A stretch of 64,000 nt of DNA from Peribolospora baueri (Eukaryota), in NCBI GenBank assembly GCA_029717555.1, contig JAMDHS010000036.1, positions 124,001 to 188,000 of the forward strand, given 5' to 3'. The notes below the pieces were generated by a model. The model did not search any database, was not told where the DNA came from, and saw only the letters and a list, made by a program, of their open reading frames with translations. A program made the position numbers and the translations under genes. Below, piece by piece: positions 46,623 to 58,469 of this stretch; the stretch's first letter is position 1; the number at the start of each line of letters is the position of its first letter.

Positions 46623-48383
46623 CTACTTCTTCCGCTTCTCCCCCTCCTTCTTGGGTCTGGACCCGCCGTCGTCCACCTCCACGTCGGTGTCTCCATCTCG
46701 TCGTCGTTTCTTCTTCTTATCCTTCTCCCTCTCCTTTCCATCTTGCCTCTCCTCATCCCTTTCGCCTGCCTCTCGCTTTTTCTTCCTCTTCTTCTCCTTC
46801 TTTTCTTCCGCCCCTGTCGCTAGCTTGGCGTCTGCAGGCCCTTTAAGCGACACGGCAGGCTCTGCCGCACCCACAGCGACATCCCGGCCCTCTTCGTCCT
46901 TACGAAGGTCCTTCTCTCCCTGCTCCTCCTGTTCCTCCTCTTCTCCGACAACCCAAACAGTCTTCTTTCCCTCCCCCTTCTTCTCTCTCCCGCTCCTAGT
47001 ATGAGCCGTCGCTGCGCTCTCGACCGTCACAGGGCCCGCCCTACCTTCCCTCTTCGCCTTAGCAATGGCTACGGCGGCCTTCCGAGCCGCGAGCTTGCGA
47101 GAGAGGTACTCTTGTACAGACAAGCCGGCAGAGTTGTTCGCTATCTGGACTCGGTCTTCTGCGCCGTTGTTCGTCGAAGTCGTTGTTGCGGGGTCCGGTG
47201 CAGGCGTAGTTAGCGACGTTGATGGTGTCGTACCAGCGGGGGTGCCTTGCTGAGAAGAACTGGCTGGCGCGGTCGAGATAGGCTCCAGCTTAGTGGCAGT
47301 AGGCTCTTCATCGTTCGTCGTCGTAGAGGAAGACTCATCGTCCTCCTCGTTCCTTGCATCCTGGAACGCCAGCTTCCCTTTGTCCTTTTTTCTCTTCCCC
47401 TCCAGCTTCCGTGCGGCTTTTCGCTCTGCCTTTTCGCGTGCCTTGCGTTCCTTTCGCTCCGCCTTCGTCTCCTCCTTGGGCGGTTCGGCTGGAGTAGTCA
47501 CTTTGGCCGCTGGAGGAGACACTGGAGCAGGGGTGGAGGAGAGAGTAGCGGGAGACGACGTCCCGGAGGTGGAGGCAGAGATGCCGAGGATCTCGTTGAC
47601 CGACAGCATATTAACCCCAACGAGTCGCTTTGCGGCCAAAAACTTGGCTCGGTGACTTTGCGCAAAAGTAAGAAAGGACAGGAACTGGAATGTCATTCCT
47701 GTGATGCCTTCGAGCACATGATCAAATCATGCACCAACTTACGCTAATCGCACTGGCTTCGGAGCAGTAGGAACGTTCTCTGCGACGACCGTGGAATTCG
47801 TCTCAGTAGGCGAGAGGTGGGGCACGTCGATGGCCTGGGAATTGACAACACCAGTCGCCTCGGTAGTCTTATCCACTTTCCCTTCGGCCTTCTCGCCCTT
47901 CTTGTCCTTCTTGCCCTTCTTCTTCTCCTTCTTACCGTCTGCGCCGTCTGCTCGCTTGCGCTTCCGGGCAGCATTGTCGGTTGTAACCCCTTCCGTCGGT
48001 GGGGTCATTGTCGACGGCGAAAGACTGTCCATATTCACAGACTCCACAGACCCCGGAGCAGCAGGCGCGACAGCGTTGAGCTTGGCGAGCAAAGCGCCGA
48101 AGGCGTCGCTGTTGCCCAGCCAAGCCTCAGGGCCTGCCTTGCCGCTTTCCCTCAGCTCCTTCTCCCTGCGCTGACTTCCAACGCCCTTGAAATCTTGCTT
48201 GAACGCGACGGCGATGTGCTTGGACGTGCCCGTCCCCTCGAGGCCGAGCCCGCGGCCCGAGCCAGCGTCCCAGCCCATCTGGGCGAGCATTCGGTGGCCA
48301 TACGAGTCCTTGTTCGACACCCAGCTGTGGCCGCGAGGGTCGGGTCCAATCCGCTGCTTTTCGCGGCGGCCCGCTAATCCCAT
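46623..48383 (-). CDS. PXR1: G-patch domain protein Pxr1/Gno1/PinX1-like
   Basis: MGLAGRREKQRIGPDPR...YGHRMLAQMGWDAGSGRGLG...KGVG, FGALLAKLN, (A)HRAKFLAAKR, LSVQEYL, KKE/D-rich tail. One intron at about 47657-47742. Confidence 0.85.
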
Positions 48384-48621
48384 GGCGTGCAACGAGCTCG
48401 AGGAGGAGTAGCAAGCTGATGGAGAAACGACTAAAGGGCAAAAGGACCGGAAGAGGGCCCTGAATGCTTAACTGAACGGCATCGCAGGCACCCACTCAAA
48501 AATTGACTGCGGCATATCGGGAATAAACGGGTTCAGGCGGCTCTAGTATCGACACCATCGAATCTCACGACCGCTCTTCTTCCAACGACATCGAGTTCCT
48601 TCATCACACAACGACAGCACC
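48384..48621. promoter_or_regulatory. Compact divergent promoter PXR1 / MRPL25
   Basis: 238 bp between head-to-head ATGs. Confidence 0.55.
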
Positions 48622-49346
48622 ATGGCCGCCTCGCGAACACAGGGCGCCCGAGTTCTAGCCCGTAAGGGCCTCGACGTCCTCGACCGATTCCTGGTTCGAG
48701 AGGAGGCTCTTGCTGCTCGAACCGCTGACTCCAGCTCCAACGACGCCAACACGAACAGCAACCCATTTACGCCTTCCCCAAATCCGCGCACTGGCAATTA
48801 CAACCCCCCGCGCTACTCCCTCCGACGACAGGCCGTGCTCGCCAAGAAGGCGATCCAGTCGGGACGAGTGGAAGACGTGCCAGCTTCTCCGAAGGTGTCG
48901 CGCATCCTCGCCAGGGCAGGCATCGAAGTTCTCACTCCTTCCGCAGCACCCGAAGTCGCCTCCGACGGAACCCGAAAACCGTCCACGGCAACGTTCAAGG
49001 ACGCGGAAGGCCGAACAGTATCGTTGGATAGGAGGGGACCTTACGAAGGGAAGGTCAGCAAGCGACTGTTCAAGGGCACAAAAGCTGAGAGGGACGCCCC
49101 TAGACGGCAACGGAGGACGAAGGAGAGCATGGAAGGGATGGAGGCTACTATCGCCGGCTGGAAAGCGGTGAGTACCTCAGAGAGGGACCAAGGACGGCAC
49201 TAGCCGTCCTCGGACGACCAGGAAGGGGATGTCCGGGTCTACCGCGTAGCTGTCAGAGTGAAGCTCATAATCGTTCGCGTTTTCGTCTCCCTCTTCAGGC
49301 GAAGGCGGAAGAGAAAGCCAAGTCGCGACCATCCCTTCCTTTCTAG
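48622..49346 (+). CDS. MRPL25: Mitochondrial ribosomal protein mL59 (MrpL25)
   Basis: NPFTPSPNPRTGNYNPPRYSLRRQAVLAK, LFKGTKAER, MEGMEATIAGWK; last exon ends PSLPF*. Confidence 0.85.
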
Positions 49347-49759
49347 ATAGATGATGTATACAGTATTTCCGGCCTCTTCCCTCCTCGTAACATGACTGTG
49401 GATACGTACCACGTCTAGAAACAGCACCTGCACGCTTGCCTCTTTTGAATGTGGGGAGGTTCGTTTTGACTGCCAATAGACGATGGCCGCCCAGGGAACT
49501 GAGTTGTCTTGGCCATATGCGACGAACAGGCGAGAGATAGAAGAAGTGAAGGATGGGGAGTGGGGTTGGAGAGACAAGTGAACCGAAAGACTGGCTTAAG
49601 GATACAGGCACTATGTATGGTCATGACGGAACCATGCAGATGGATGGCTGAATCGATGAATAAATGGACGACTACGTTTGTAGAAGAGAAGGGCTTGGAG
49701 GATGGCCACATAACCTCACGGTTGAGGGAGAGAATGGAAGGTAGGGAGGGGCTAATGAT

Positions 49760-52700
49760 TTATTTATGCTCCTCCTTGACGATGTCTTCCTTCCTCGGCC
49801 TCTCCTCCTCCTTCACCTCGCCGTCCTTCAAAAGCTGCTTGCCTTGCCCAGCAATATCCTTCGCGTCCTCGGTCCGAACGATCCCAAGCCCAATCTCCTC
49901 TCTTGCGAGGTCCAGGACGTGGTCGAGCGGTACGAGCCCGTCATGATCGATGTCAAGCTTCTTCACGAGCTTTTCGATCTCCTCTTCCGCCGGACGGTGT
50001 CGAATAACTCGAAGAGCCTGCTTGAGATCCTCGACGCTGATCTGACCCTGCTCGTTGGTCTGAATCGTGTTCATACGGTTCCCGAACTCCTTGTCGTACT
50101 CCTCCAACTGTTTGTCAATCTTCTCCAACAACACCCGTACCCGTTTGGCAAGGGAGCGCTGTGCGGCGGTCTGCGAAGTTGGCGGCGCCGCTTCGGCTTC
50201 CCCGCCTTCGGCCTTTGCTGCCTTCTGCTTATCCTCTTGCTCCTGCGGCTGCTGCGGCTGCTCACCCTGTGTGCACGAGCAAGGAAAGGAAAGGAAGTAG
50301 AAATGCGTCAGTTAGCTCGGAGGAGGACCCGCTTTATCCGAGCCGCATCTCAGTCTCACCTCTTCAGTCTGGACCACCTCGTTCATGAGGTGTGCCAGCT
50401 CTTCACGCTCTTTCAAGACGGCCGACTTGGCAGACAGGATCGCGCAGGCTTCGCCAAGCTCGTGGAGTTGCTCCTTCGTCATGCGTGCGTCTTCCTCGGG
50501 TAGTACCTCCTGGAACGAATGAATGTGATGTGAACACCAAAGCGTCAGCATCAGGTACCACTGCCTGTATCGCCCCGGTCGAGGAGTCGCTACTGATTTG
50601 AGAAGCACTGATTTGACACCAGGGAGACGATGACTCACCTCTCGCTCGGGCTTCATCTCCTTGGCCTTCTCCTCCTCCTTCTCCGCCTCGGGCGTCTCCT
50701 TCTCCTTCTGAGCCTCCCGCTCTCTCTCCTTTTCCTTTTCCGCCTTGCGTGCCTCCTCCTCTTTCGCCTCCTGCCCACGCTCCTCCTCGATAAGATCCTC
50801 CTGCTGCTCCAGGACCTCGAGCTTCTGCTTATATGTCGCAGAGTCCGGAGATACTTCGAGCTCGGCTTCGTTGAGCTGTTACGAGATGTGGCCGGAAAGA
50901 GGGAAAGGTGATACGGACGTTAGAGTATACCCTTGCTGTATCGGTTCCTAGCTGCGCAATCGACGGGAAAGAGGTACGAACAAGAGTATCGGGCAGAGAG
51001 CTCAACGTTGCTTCCAGGCTCTTCAGGTGACTATCGTCCTGATGTCCGTAGTTGAAGGCCTTGCTGAGGATGAGCAACGTCCCGGAGATGCGCGTGCGAA
51101 CGTGCAGATCGATCCACTGCTCTAGCTCCTCACGCAGCCGCGCCGGGGAGAGGCCAACGGTCTGGATACCGCGGGACTGGCAGGCCGACTGCAGCTCCGG
51201 AATCGTCAGCGAATCGACGCCTTCGGTCGCGATGGCCTGTAAGCGGGAGAGGGGGTTCAAAGTTAGACCGCTGTCCAGCAGCATCTGATAGCAAGCGATG
51301 AAATCGACGCACGATGTCGTCTCGTCTAATAGTCGTCAACCTGTGCCGAATCTGATAGCGAAGGTAGTTATCCGTGCCGAACGCGTTGATGCCCATGTAT
51401 CGACACATGCTGACGAGCTGGGGCCTAGAGAGGTTGTCGAGGGTGAGGTCATCCTCGAAGAGCTTAGCCACCTTGATGATGTCGTCCCGATTCGGCTCTT
51501 CACCGGTCGCGCGGACCTATATGAGATGGCAGATATATAAGAGGAGACAGAATCATAAGCACTTCGACCACCGCCTAGCAAGGTGAAGATGAAGGAGGAG
51601 ATGCGACGGCTTACCTTGCGGAAAAACTCTTTGAACTCTTCCGAGTTCTTAATCATCGCCGAAGCCTTGATGCCAGACTCGCGAATAGTTTCCTGCAGGA
51701 ACTTGGCCATCTGCAAGCGTACTTTGAGAAGCTTGCGCTTCTTCTCTTCCTAGGTAACCAAACCGGCCGAGATTACCAGTGCAAGACACGTGCGCCGTCA
51801 AGCAGGGTACATGAGATGATCGTGCAGTGTTAGCGCATCAAACTTACAGCAGCAAACTTGTCCTCGAACGTGCTCGGCAACATGTTGGGGAAGACCTTGA
51901 TGGCAACGGGGAGGAGTAGTTCTCCGAGCGGGATGATGATGAAGGGGATGAAAGGGATGAGGCGAAGGAGATCTTGCATTGTTCGCTTCAGCTGTGAGGC
52001 GCGGAGAGAGGTTTGTGCGGTAGAAAATCAAGGAGTCTATGTAAGCAAACTAAGGCTCTCTTGGTCAAATGGAAGTAGAAGAAAAAGGGGCGGAGGACTG
52101 GCCCCGTGAATTCACCTGACGGTGCTCTCGCCTCGTCAAAGTATATCCAGACATGACCCTCTTCAGCAATCTCGCCGAAATGCTGACTTCTTTCCCGAGC
52201 AGCTTGGTACCATGCCAATAGTGGATGGCACCATCCTTGACGGAGATCCACAAGCGCTTCATAAGAGGCTCTTTGGGCGTGGCTAGCGCCTTTGTGGAAG
52301 AGGAAGATTCCTTCCCCGTCTCTTCCTTCTTCTCCGCGACCGCCTGTGCTGGAGAAGACAACGAAGACTGAGATTCAGCTTTGGGAGTCGTTGTCTGCGT
52401 TGCTGTGGAGCTGGATTGCGATCGAGGGGGAGACAGTTGGGTCTGCGACTGAGGGGAGGAAGATGCAAAACGGGCGAGTACGAGAGGGGTCGCGGCTGTT
52501 CGACCCGGCCGTCTTCGCTCATCGGCCGTGAAGAGGTACGGCGATCGTGCGGAGCCGAGCTGGGCTGTCGCTAAGCGCACGAATGCGAGCGACGAGGCTG
52601 GTGGTGACGAGAAAAGAGGGAGTGTCAGAAGGGCGGCGAGTACGAGTCAGCAGCCTAATCCTGGAATCTGTGCAATTAGGCCATGGAGCGCATTATGAAT

Positions 52701-52793
52701 TACAAGCTCACCTTGCCGTGGTCGACTGGCAGCGAGCAAGCTCCTGCTTGCGAGCAATCCGATCGACCTCGTGTGAGAGAGTGCCAACGACAT
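49760..52793 (-). CDS. MDM38: LETM1/Mdm38 mitochondrial inner-membrane protein with C-terminal EF-hand-like region
   Basis: [10 protein letters not shown]...[71 protein letters not shown]. Confidence 0.95.
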
Positions 52794-53075
52794 GGCTGGC
52801 TTTGCGGGTGGTTACTAGCTAAGTCTACGTGCGAGAGAGAAACAATTAAAAAACAAAAAAAGTACACAGAAAGAAGAGCGAGTGTAATGGATCCACAATC
52901 GGACGGGCGAGGTTGAGAAGGAGAGGCGGTTGATGGTGGTGGTGGAGGAGAAACGTTTCCGTTATTCGTAACTCTTCGCGGTGCCCGGCTCGGGACTCGG
53001 ACTTGGGTTCGGCCATAGGCGGACATATCGTGGGAAGACTAATCCTCGTCCCGACTGTTTCCATAATGTTACAAT

Positions 53076-54595
53076 CTAATCCGTCTTCGTCTTCGGAACT
53101 ACAAGGGAATCCGATCTGACCCTCAATTTTGGGACCGCCGGGTCCCAAGGTCCTGTGATCTCGCTGTGGAGAGGTTGGCAAAGTAGAGCACGTCAGTCGC
53201 CGCGTCTATCCCGAAAGCGAGTGTGCATATGCAAACCCACTTCTTCCACTTCTGAGCTCCCACGAGCCACGCGGGGCAAGCAAAGCTTACGAGGACGACG
53301 CTGACAATGTAGGCGAACGCCGCCGTGGCAGAGAGGGGTACGAGAAGGTATAAGGTGAAGGCGAGGAGGACGATGGAGAGGATGATATCGAACAAGTGAG
53401 ATGCCGGTGGAGGTAGTGACTGCATATTGAGTGAAGCGAACATGCGGTCGACGCGAAGGCAATAATAATGAGCGCAGGTAGGCGACGAACGACAAGGGCC
53501 ATCAAAAGTGAATACGACAACCCACGCGCATATACCGTCTGCCCAGAGGGAAAAGAGCAAACCACTGTACGGCGAACAAGATCAGCGCGAATACATCGTG
53601 ATCGGATGACAGACGGGAGGCCAGCACGACCGATGCAGAGATGCCGGCGTTGAGGGATAGCGTCGAAGAGAGGCTGAGGACAGTGAATGCAACACAGAAA
53701 GAAGATGAGACACCGACAAGGGGGGCAAACAGCCCTCTCTGCGGAGGGGACGTCACAACCCACCTCCTTCCACCACCTTTGACCTCCCCCCTGCCGTACT
53801 CCGCCAAAACGGCATTCATGCAAAACAAAGCAGCCGACATCGCCCAGATAGAATCGGATGTGGTGGCCTCCGTGAGAGTGCGGAGGACAGGAGAAACGGA
53901 CAGAAGGGTTACTGCTAGGACGAGAGAGGAACGGAGAGCAGAGAGGACTACGGAAATAATCGGACGTGTGGCGGAAGGGTAAGAGAGCAAGACGCGGATG
54001 GTGAGCGCATCGAGTGCGGACAGACGACGCTTCACGTTCGTCTTACATACGAGCCTAGCTCACCTCTTCCTCGCCTCGCCCATCCCACATTCGTTCCACT
54101 CCTCCGCTTTCCATCCTCCGCCTTCCCAAAGACCGTTTCCCAGGCGTACAACCCGGCAGCGGTAGCAAAAGAGCCCCACGAAACCAGCGTCCTGGCCTCC
54201 AGCGAGCCGTGGTAGAGCCGGACAAAGAGGGAAACAAATATCAGGATAGACGAAAAGTGTTGGGTTATGGCGAGGGAGGACAGAACCAGAGGAGTGTAGG
54301 CGTAGGGGCGGTAGTTGGCTGTGAACGGTACATGTTGGCGAAAGGAGAACGCTGAGCAATGGTCAACTTTTTCCACCTAGATATAAGAAACGACCCAAGC
54401 TTTACTTCTTTTAGACAGACCACACCACCCACCGTTGCGTTTCAGCTGACCGAGAAAAGAGCGCGGAACGAAGTTGTCTGGGTAGTCCTGCTTCTTCCAT
54501 AGTATTTTCTGCCAAGGTTCTTTTTGCTGATCCTCCCCCTCCCGCTTCTGTTCCGCTTCTCCTGTTCGTCTGCCGCGTCGCTGGCCCGCCGACAT
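53076..54595 (-). CDS. GPI2: GPI-GlcNAc transferase subunit C (PIG-C/Gpi2)
   Basis: WQKILWKKQDYPDNFV, SPVLRTLTEATTSDSIWA, LSLNAGISASVVLASRL, QKWKNEITGPWDPAVP. Confidence 0.93.
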
Positions 54596-54863
54596 CCCCG
54601 GTGCCTCCTTGGTTACTCTATCCGGTTGGTCGTGATGTTGCCTGGCAGAGTTGAGCAGGTGGGACGTGCGGTGGTCGCCGCAGTACGTCACGACGTCGTA
54701 CCCGTCACGGATGGTATTATTACTTCTTGGCTTCCAAACCGCAATATTTGGACTACCTCCAACAACCCTCGAACCAACCTGCTCCTCCGCCGTCTTCACC
54801 TTCAGGCTCTGGTCAAGGAGGAGGTAGGACTGGCTGTAGGAACGACGCTGCGAAGGACGAAGG
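54596..54863. promoter_or_regulatory. Compact divergent promoter GPI2 / DCTN5
   Basis: 268 bp between head-to-head ATGs. Confidence 0.55.
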
Positions 54864-55867
54864 ATGGCGCCTAGATCGCTCAACACGTATAGTCGCGCCG
54901 AGTACATCGAAACGGTAAGCGTCGAATCTGGCTCCCTCCCCTCCGTCGAGCCACCACGAGGTTTTGTCTCTATTCCATCTCGTAATCTTGGCTGAGCGTA
55001 CCCCCACCTTTCGTCACTCATTTCCATATAATCCGTTTAGGCCGGTACTGGCAACAAAGTCTCCCGGCGCTCAGTGATCCTTGGCTCACAAAACATCATC
55101 CTAGGCGGCAAATGTATCCTGCAGACGTCCTGCATCGTGCGAGGAGATCTAAAGAGGGCGGGTTCTAGCATCGGTAATGCGGTGGTGATCAATATTGGCA
55201 AGTACTGTGTGCTGGGGGAGGGGTCTGTCATCCGACCACCTTACAAGACCTACAAGGGGTGAGTAAACGGTAGCGCAGGTCAAAAGCGCTCTCCTTCCCG
55301 CCAGGCGGTCTTTTTTCAGCTATCTACATCGATTTCTCTGCCCTGGCCTCTACAGCGTGTTTTCCTACTACCCCATGAAGATTGGTGATCACGTCATCGT
55401 AGGTGCCGGCACTATCCTAGAGGCCGCCAGCGTGGGCAGTCACGTAGAGATAGGAAGAAACTGTGTCATTGTGAGCTCGAATCATCTCTGACGCACCTTG
55501 GTCGAATCCCGTGCTTTGCTAACTCTACGGCCATCATCCCCCCGTCTATGCGACAAAGGGTCGATTCGCCATCATCAAGGACTGCGCCCGAATAGCTGAC
55601 AACACGGTGATTGCCCCAAATACTGTCGTTCCCTCTCACTCTGTGTACGCCGGTTCACCAGGTGCGTATGTGGTGAGGGGTCGTCGCGTCTGTTGCCTGT
55701 CGAGACGACTGTATCCTCAGCTGCTCTAACCTGACAAGAGGCCGTCCACCGCTTCGGCTGCCATCGCATCCACAGGTCGATTCCTTGAGCCCCTCGCAGA
55801 GACGTGGCTCGAGCAGAACGAGCAGAAGCGGAAAGCCTTTTACAATTCCTTCCTGCCTCACGACTGA
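54864..55867 (+). CDS. DCTN5: Dynactin subunit 5 (p25), left-handed beta-helix
   Basis: EYIET...GNKVSRRSVILGSQNIILGGKCI, IRPPYKTYKGVFSYYPMKIGDHV, IIKDCARIADNTV, YAGSPG. Confidence 0.93.
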
Positions 55868-56215
55868 TCGACGGACTGACCTGTTGGCGGCCGTTATGGA
55901 CGTCTGTCTGGCCGAGTGTTTTCCAAGCGATAAGCCGACTCGCGCGGTAGATGTTTTGTACTTTACGTGGACGGGGACGGCTTGTGCATGATACCCACCT
56001 TGCCCGCGACCCAATTCGGCTTGCATCATAGCAATCCAGAAGAAAGCAGTCGCCCGTGCCTGACGAATAATAAATGGATATTTCAATGACCCGTCTTGAC
56101 TTGGATTTGCATCGACCACGTGGCAAAACGGCCGATCTCGAGGTGATCTTCAGTGAGTCCATCCCGTCCAGAGCCAAGCATTCCAACCACAATCTTCACA
56201 GCGAGGACGACGACC

Positions 56216-57305
56216 ATGAAGGGCGTCAAGGCGTCCACGGAGATTGACGATATCTTCGCTCGCAAGGGCAAGGGCAAGGAGAAAGCCGGAGCTGGGAATG
56301 GAGTTGCAACGAGCTCGACGGGAGAGGAAGAGGGGAAGAAGAAGGGCGGCAAGACGAAGAAGCGAAAGGCCGCGGAGGAGAAGGAGAAGGAAGAGCAGGA
56401 CGTTCGGCCAGACGTGGGAGGGGTAAAGGTACAAAAGCGCAAGAAGACGAAGGTTGACGAGAAGGAGGACGAGGACGGTGCCGCCCCTGCCACTACCACC
56501 TCCACCGCCGACGGGAAGAAGCGTAGACGAATGCCCGAGACGGTGGTGGACCCCTCCACCGCCGTAGCTGGCGGATCAACGTCGACGGCTACGAAGGGGC
56601 GAGCCGCAGAAAAAGGGGGAGCGGGAAAGATGGGGACAAAGTTTGTGCCGGAGGAGGACAGGGACTTTGTCGATTCGAGGGGGTCGTCTCGTGAGTTGCC
56701 TCTTGGCGGTCTTTGCGCCGCCGCCGCCTCTACGCCGACTCTCCTTCGCTGTAGCGAGCATTAAGAGAGATGTTGTTCGTATGAAAGTACTGTTCAGACA
56801 GACCGCTGACTCCTTCCCTGGCTTATTCCATCGGTCTTCCATCGCATTATATTCCCTTCGACGGACTTCTCCGGCGCTTCGCTCCACCTCTGTCTTCGTG
56901 CGTCTCTGTAGGCAAACGAACGGAGGAAGGCTACCCCATCTACACCTTGGACGAGCTCAAGATTGGACAGGGCGGCGGTGAGTGAGATGCGTATACGCAG
57001 GCTGGCAAAGGGACGGGGGCGCCCATCTTTGTTCTCGTCGCTGCCGTGTGGTCGGCTTCGGCGTACGCAGACGAGACGGCCTGTGCGTGCGCCTTTCCGT
57101 CGGACCGCCTGGCTCACCCGTCGTCCTTTCCTTGCCGCCCGGTCAGACACATCACTTTGTCCATTCGACTGCGATTGCTGTGAGTGATCACCCCCTTCCT
57201 TCTCTGTCTTCCCCTCTGCCCGCGGAGGACGGCCCCGCCCATCCACCCGTTTTGGTGTCTGCTCTTTTCATCTCTCTTTTCTCTATTCTTTGCACAGGTT
57301 TCTAA
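56216..57305 (+). CDS. DUF1764 family protein (Lys-rich, C-terminal CPFDCDCCF)
   Basis: EIDDIF, PETVVDPS, FVDSRG, RTEEGYPIYTLDELKIGQGGDTSLCPFDCDCCF*. Confidence 0.88.
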
Positions 57306-58469
57306 ACGCTCTCCTCTTATAGCGATGACAAAATTCGGTCTTGCCGCCATCACACCGCCTCGTCTGTCCATATGTACGCGACCACCTCTCCTTCCGTTCG
57401 GTCCCTTCTTTCCATCCCGCCCCGCTTCCTCTGCAATCCAGCAGCCAATTAGACATGTACAAATACGGTGCGGCGCCTCCACTCTTCTCCAGAGCGACTT
57501 TCGGTAAGCCAGTTTAGTTGGCCAGTCGGTTCTGTCCCGTCCTGTCCGGCAAGGGAGAATACGAAACGAAACGAAACGGGCACGGGCACGGGGCCATCCA
57601 TCATCCCCCAGCCGGACCTGAAGGCGCGTTCGGGCTCGACTCCGCATTCATTGGCTTTCTAGGCGGCGACGGGCAGGAGGGCAGGCGGGGCAGGACTGGT
57701 GTGGCTTCTTCGCTCCCGGACCATGTAACAGGGTACTTACTGTGCGAGCAAGCCGCTCGAGCGAGTGCTCGACGGCGCTGGAGGGGAATGGGATGTGTGC
57801 GTGCACGTCGCAACATACACACACCGTGCCGTGCGTATGGTGATTCGACCCTCGGCGTCGTCCGTCGAAAAACGAACGTAATCCTCCCCTTTTCGCCCAT
57901 TCCGACCAAGAGTCTCTCTTCTCCTCACACGACATGGCCGTCACGTTATATTCATCGACGTTGCCATTTGATTGCTATTATTGCTATTGCCCGTTTGGTT
58001 GCTTTACCATTCAGCGTTCTCGGCTACATCATCTTACCCGCCGATCGGCCTTTCACTACACTACTACGTACGTGACGTGGACGTTGCTCGACCTTGCTGC
58101 CCCTCGGTCGGCCCGCCCGAAAACCAGCGGAGAAGCGAACCGAGACGAATCGAATGGGAGACGGATGGATGCGAAGGATGGGATGGGGACGAGAGAGGAG
58201 AGGAGGGTATGGCGGGACGAGAGGGGAAGAAAAGGAAAAAGAGGGCGATGAAAAATTTTCAAAGAAAAAGAAGGAACGAGGAAGGTTGGTTCGATGGAGG
58301 GCATAGAAAGCATATACAGGACAGGACGTACGAGGAGGCCAAACGAATCGAATCGCGAATGGAATCGAAAGACCGGATCAAGAATCAAAAAAGCCTAAGA
58401 ATTCGACATGAAAGGAAAAGAAAAAAACGCTTATCCAAACGACCCGATGCAATGGGCTCCAACAACCGA

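Noticed and set aside
27488..52793. GHITM/TMBIM5 and LETM1 (reported partners in mammalian mitochondrial ion exchange) in the same window
   Set aside because: They are 20 kb apart with unrelated genes between, so chance proximity is adequate without synteny evidence.
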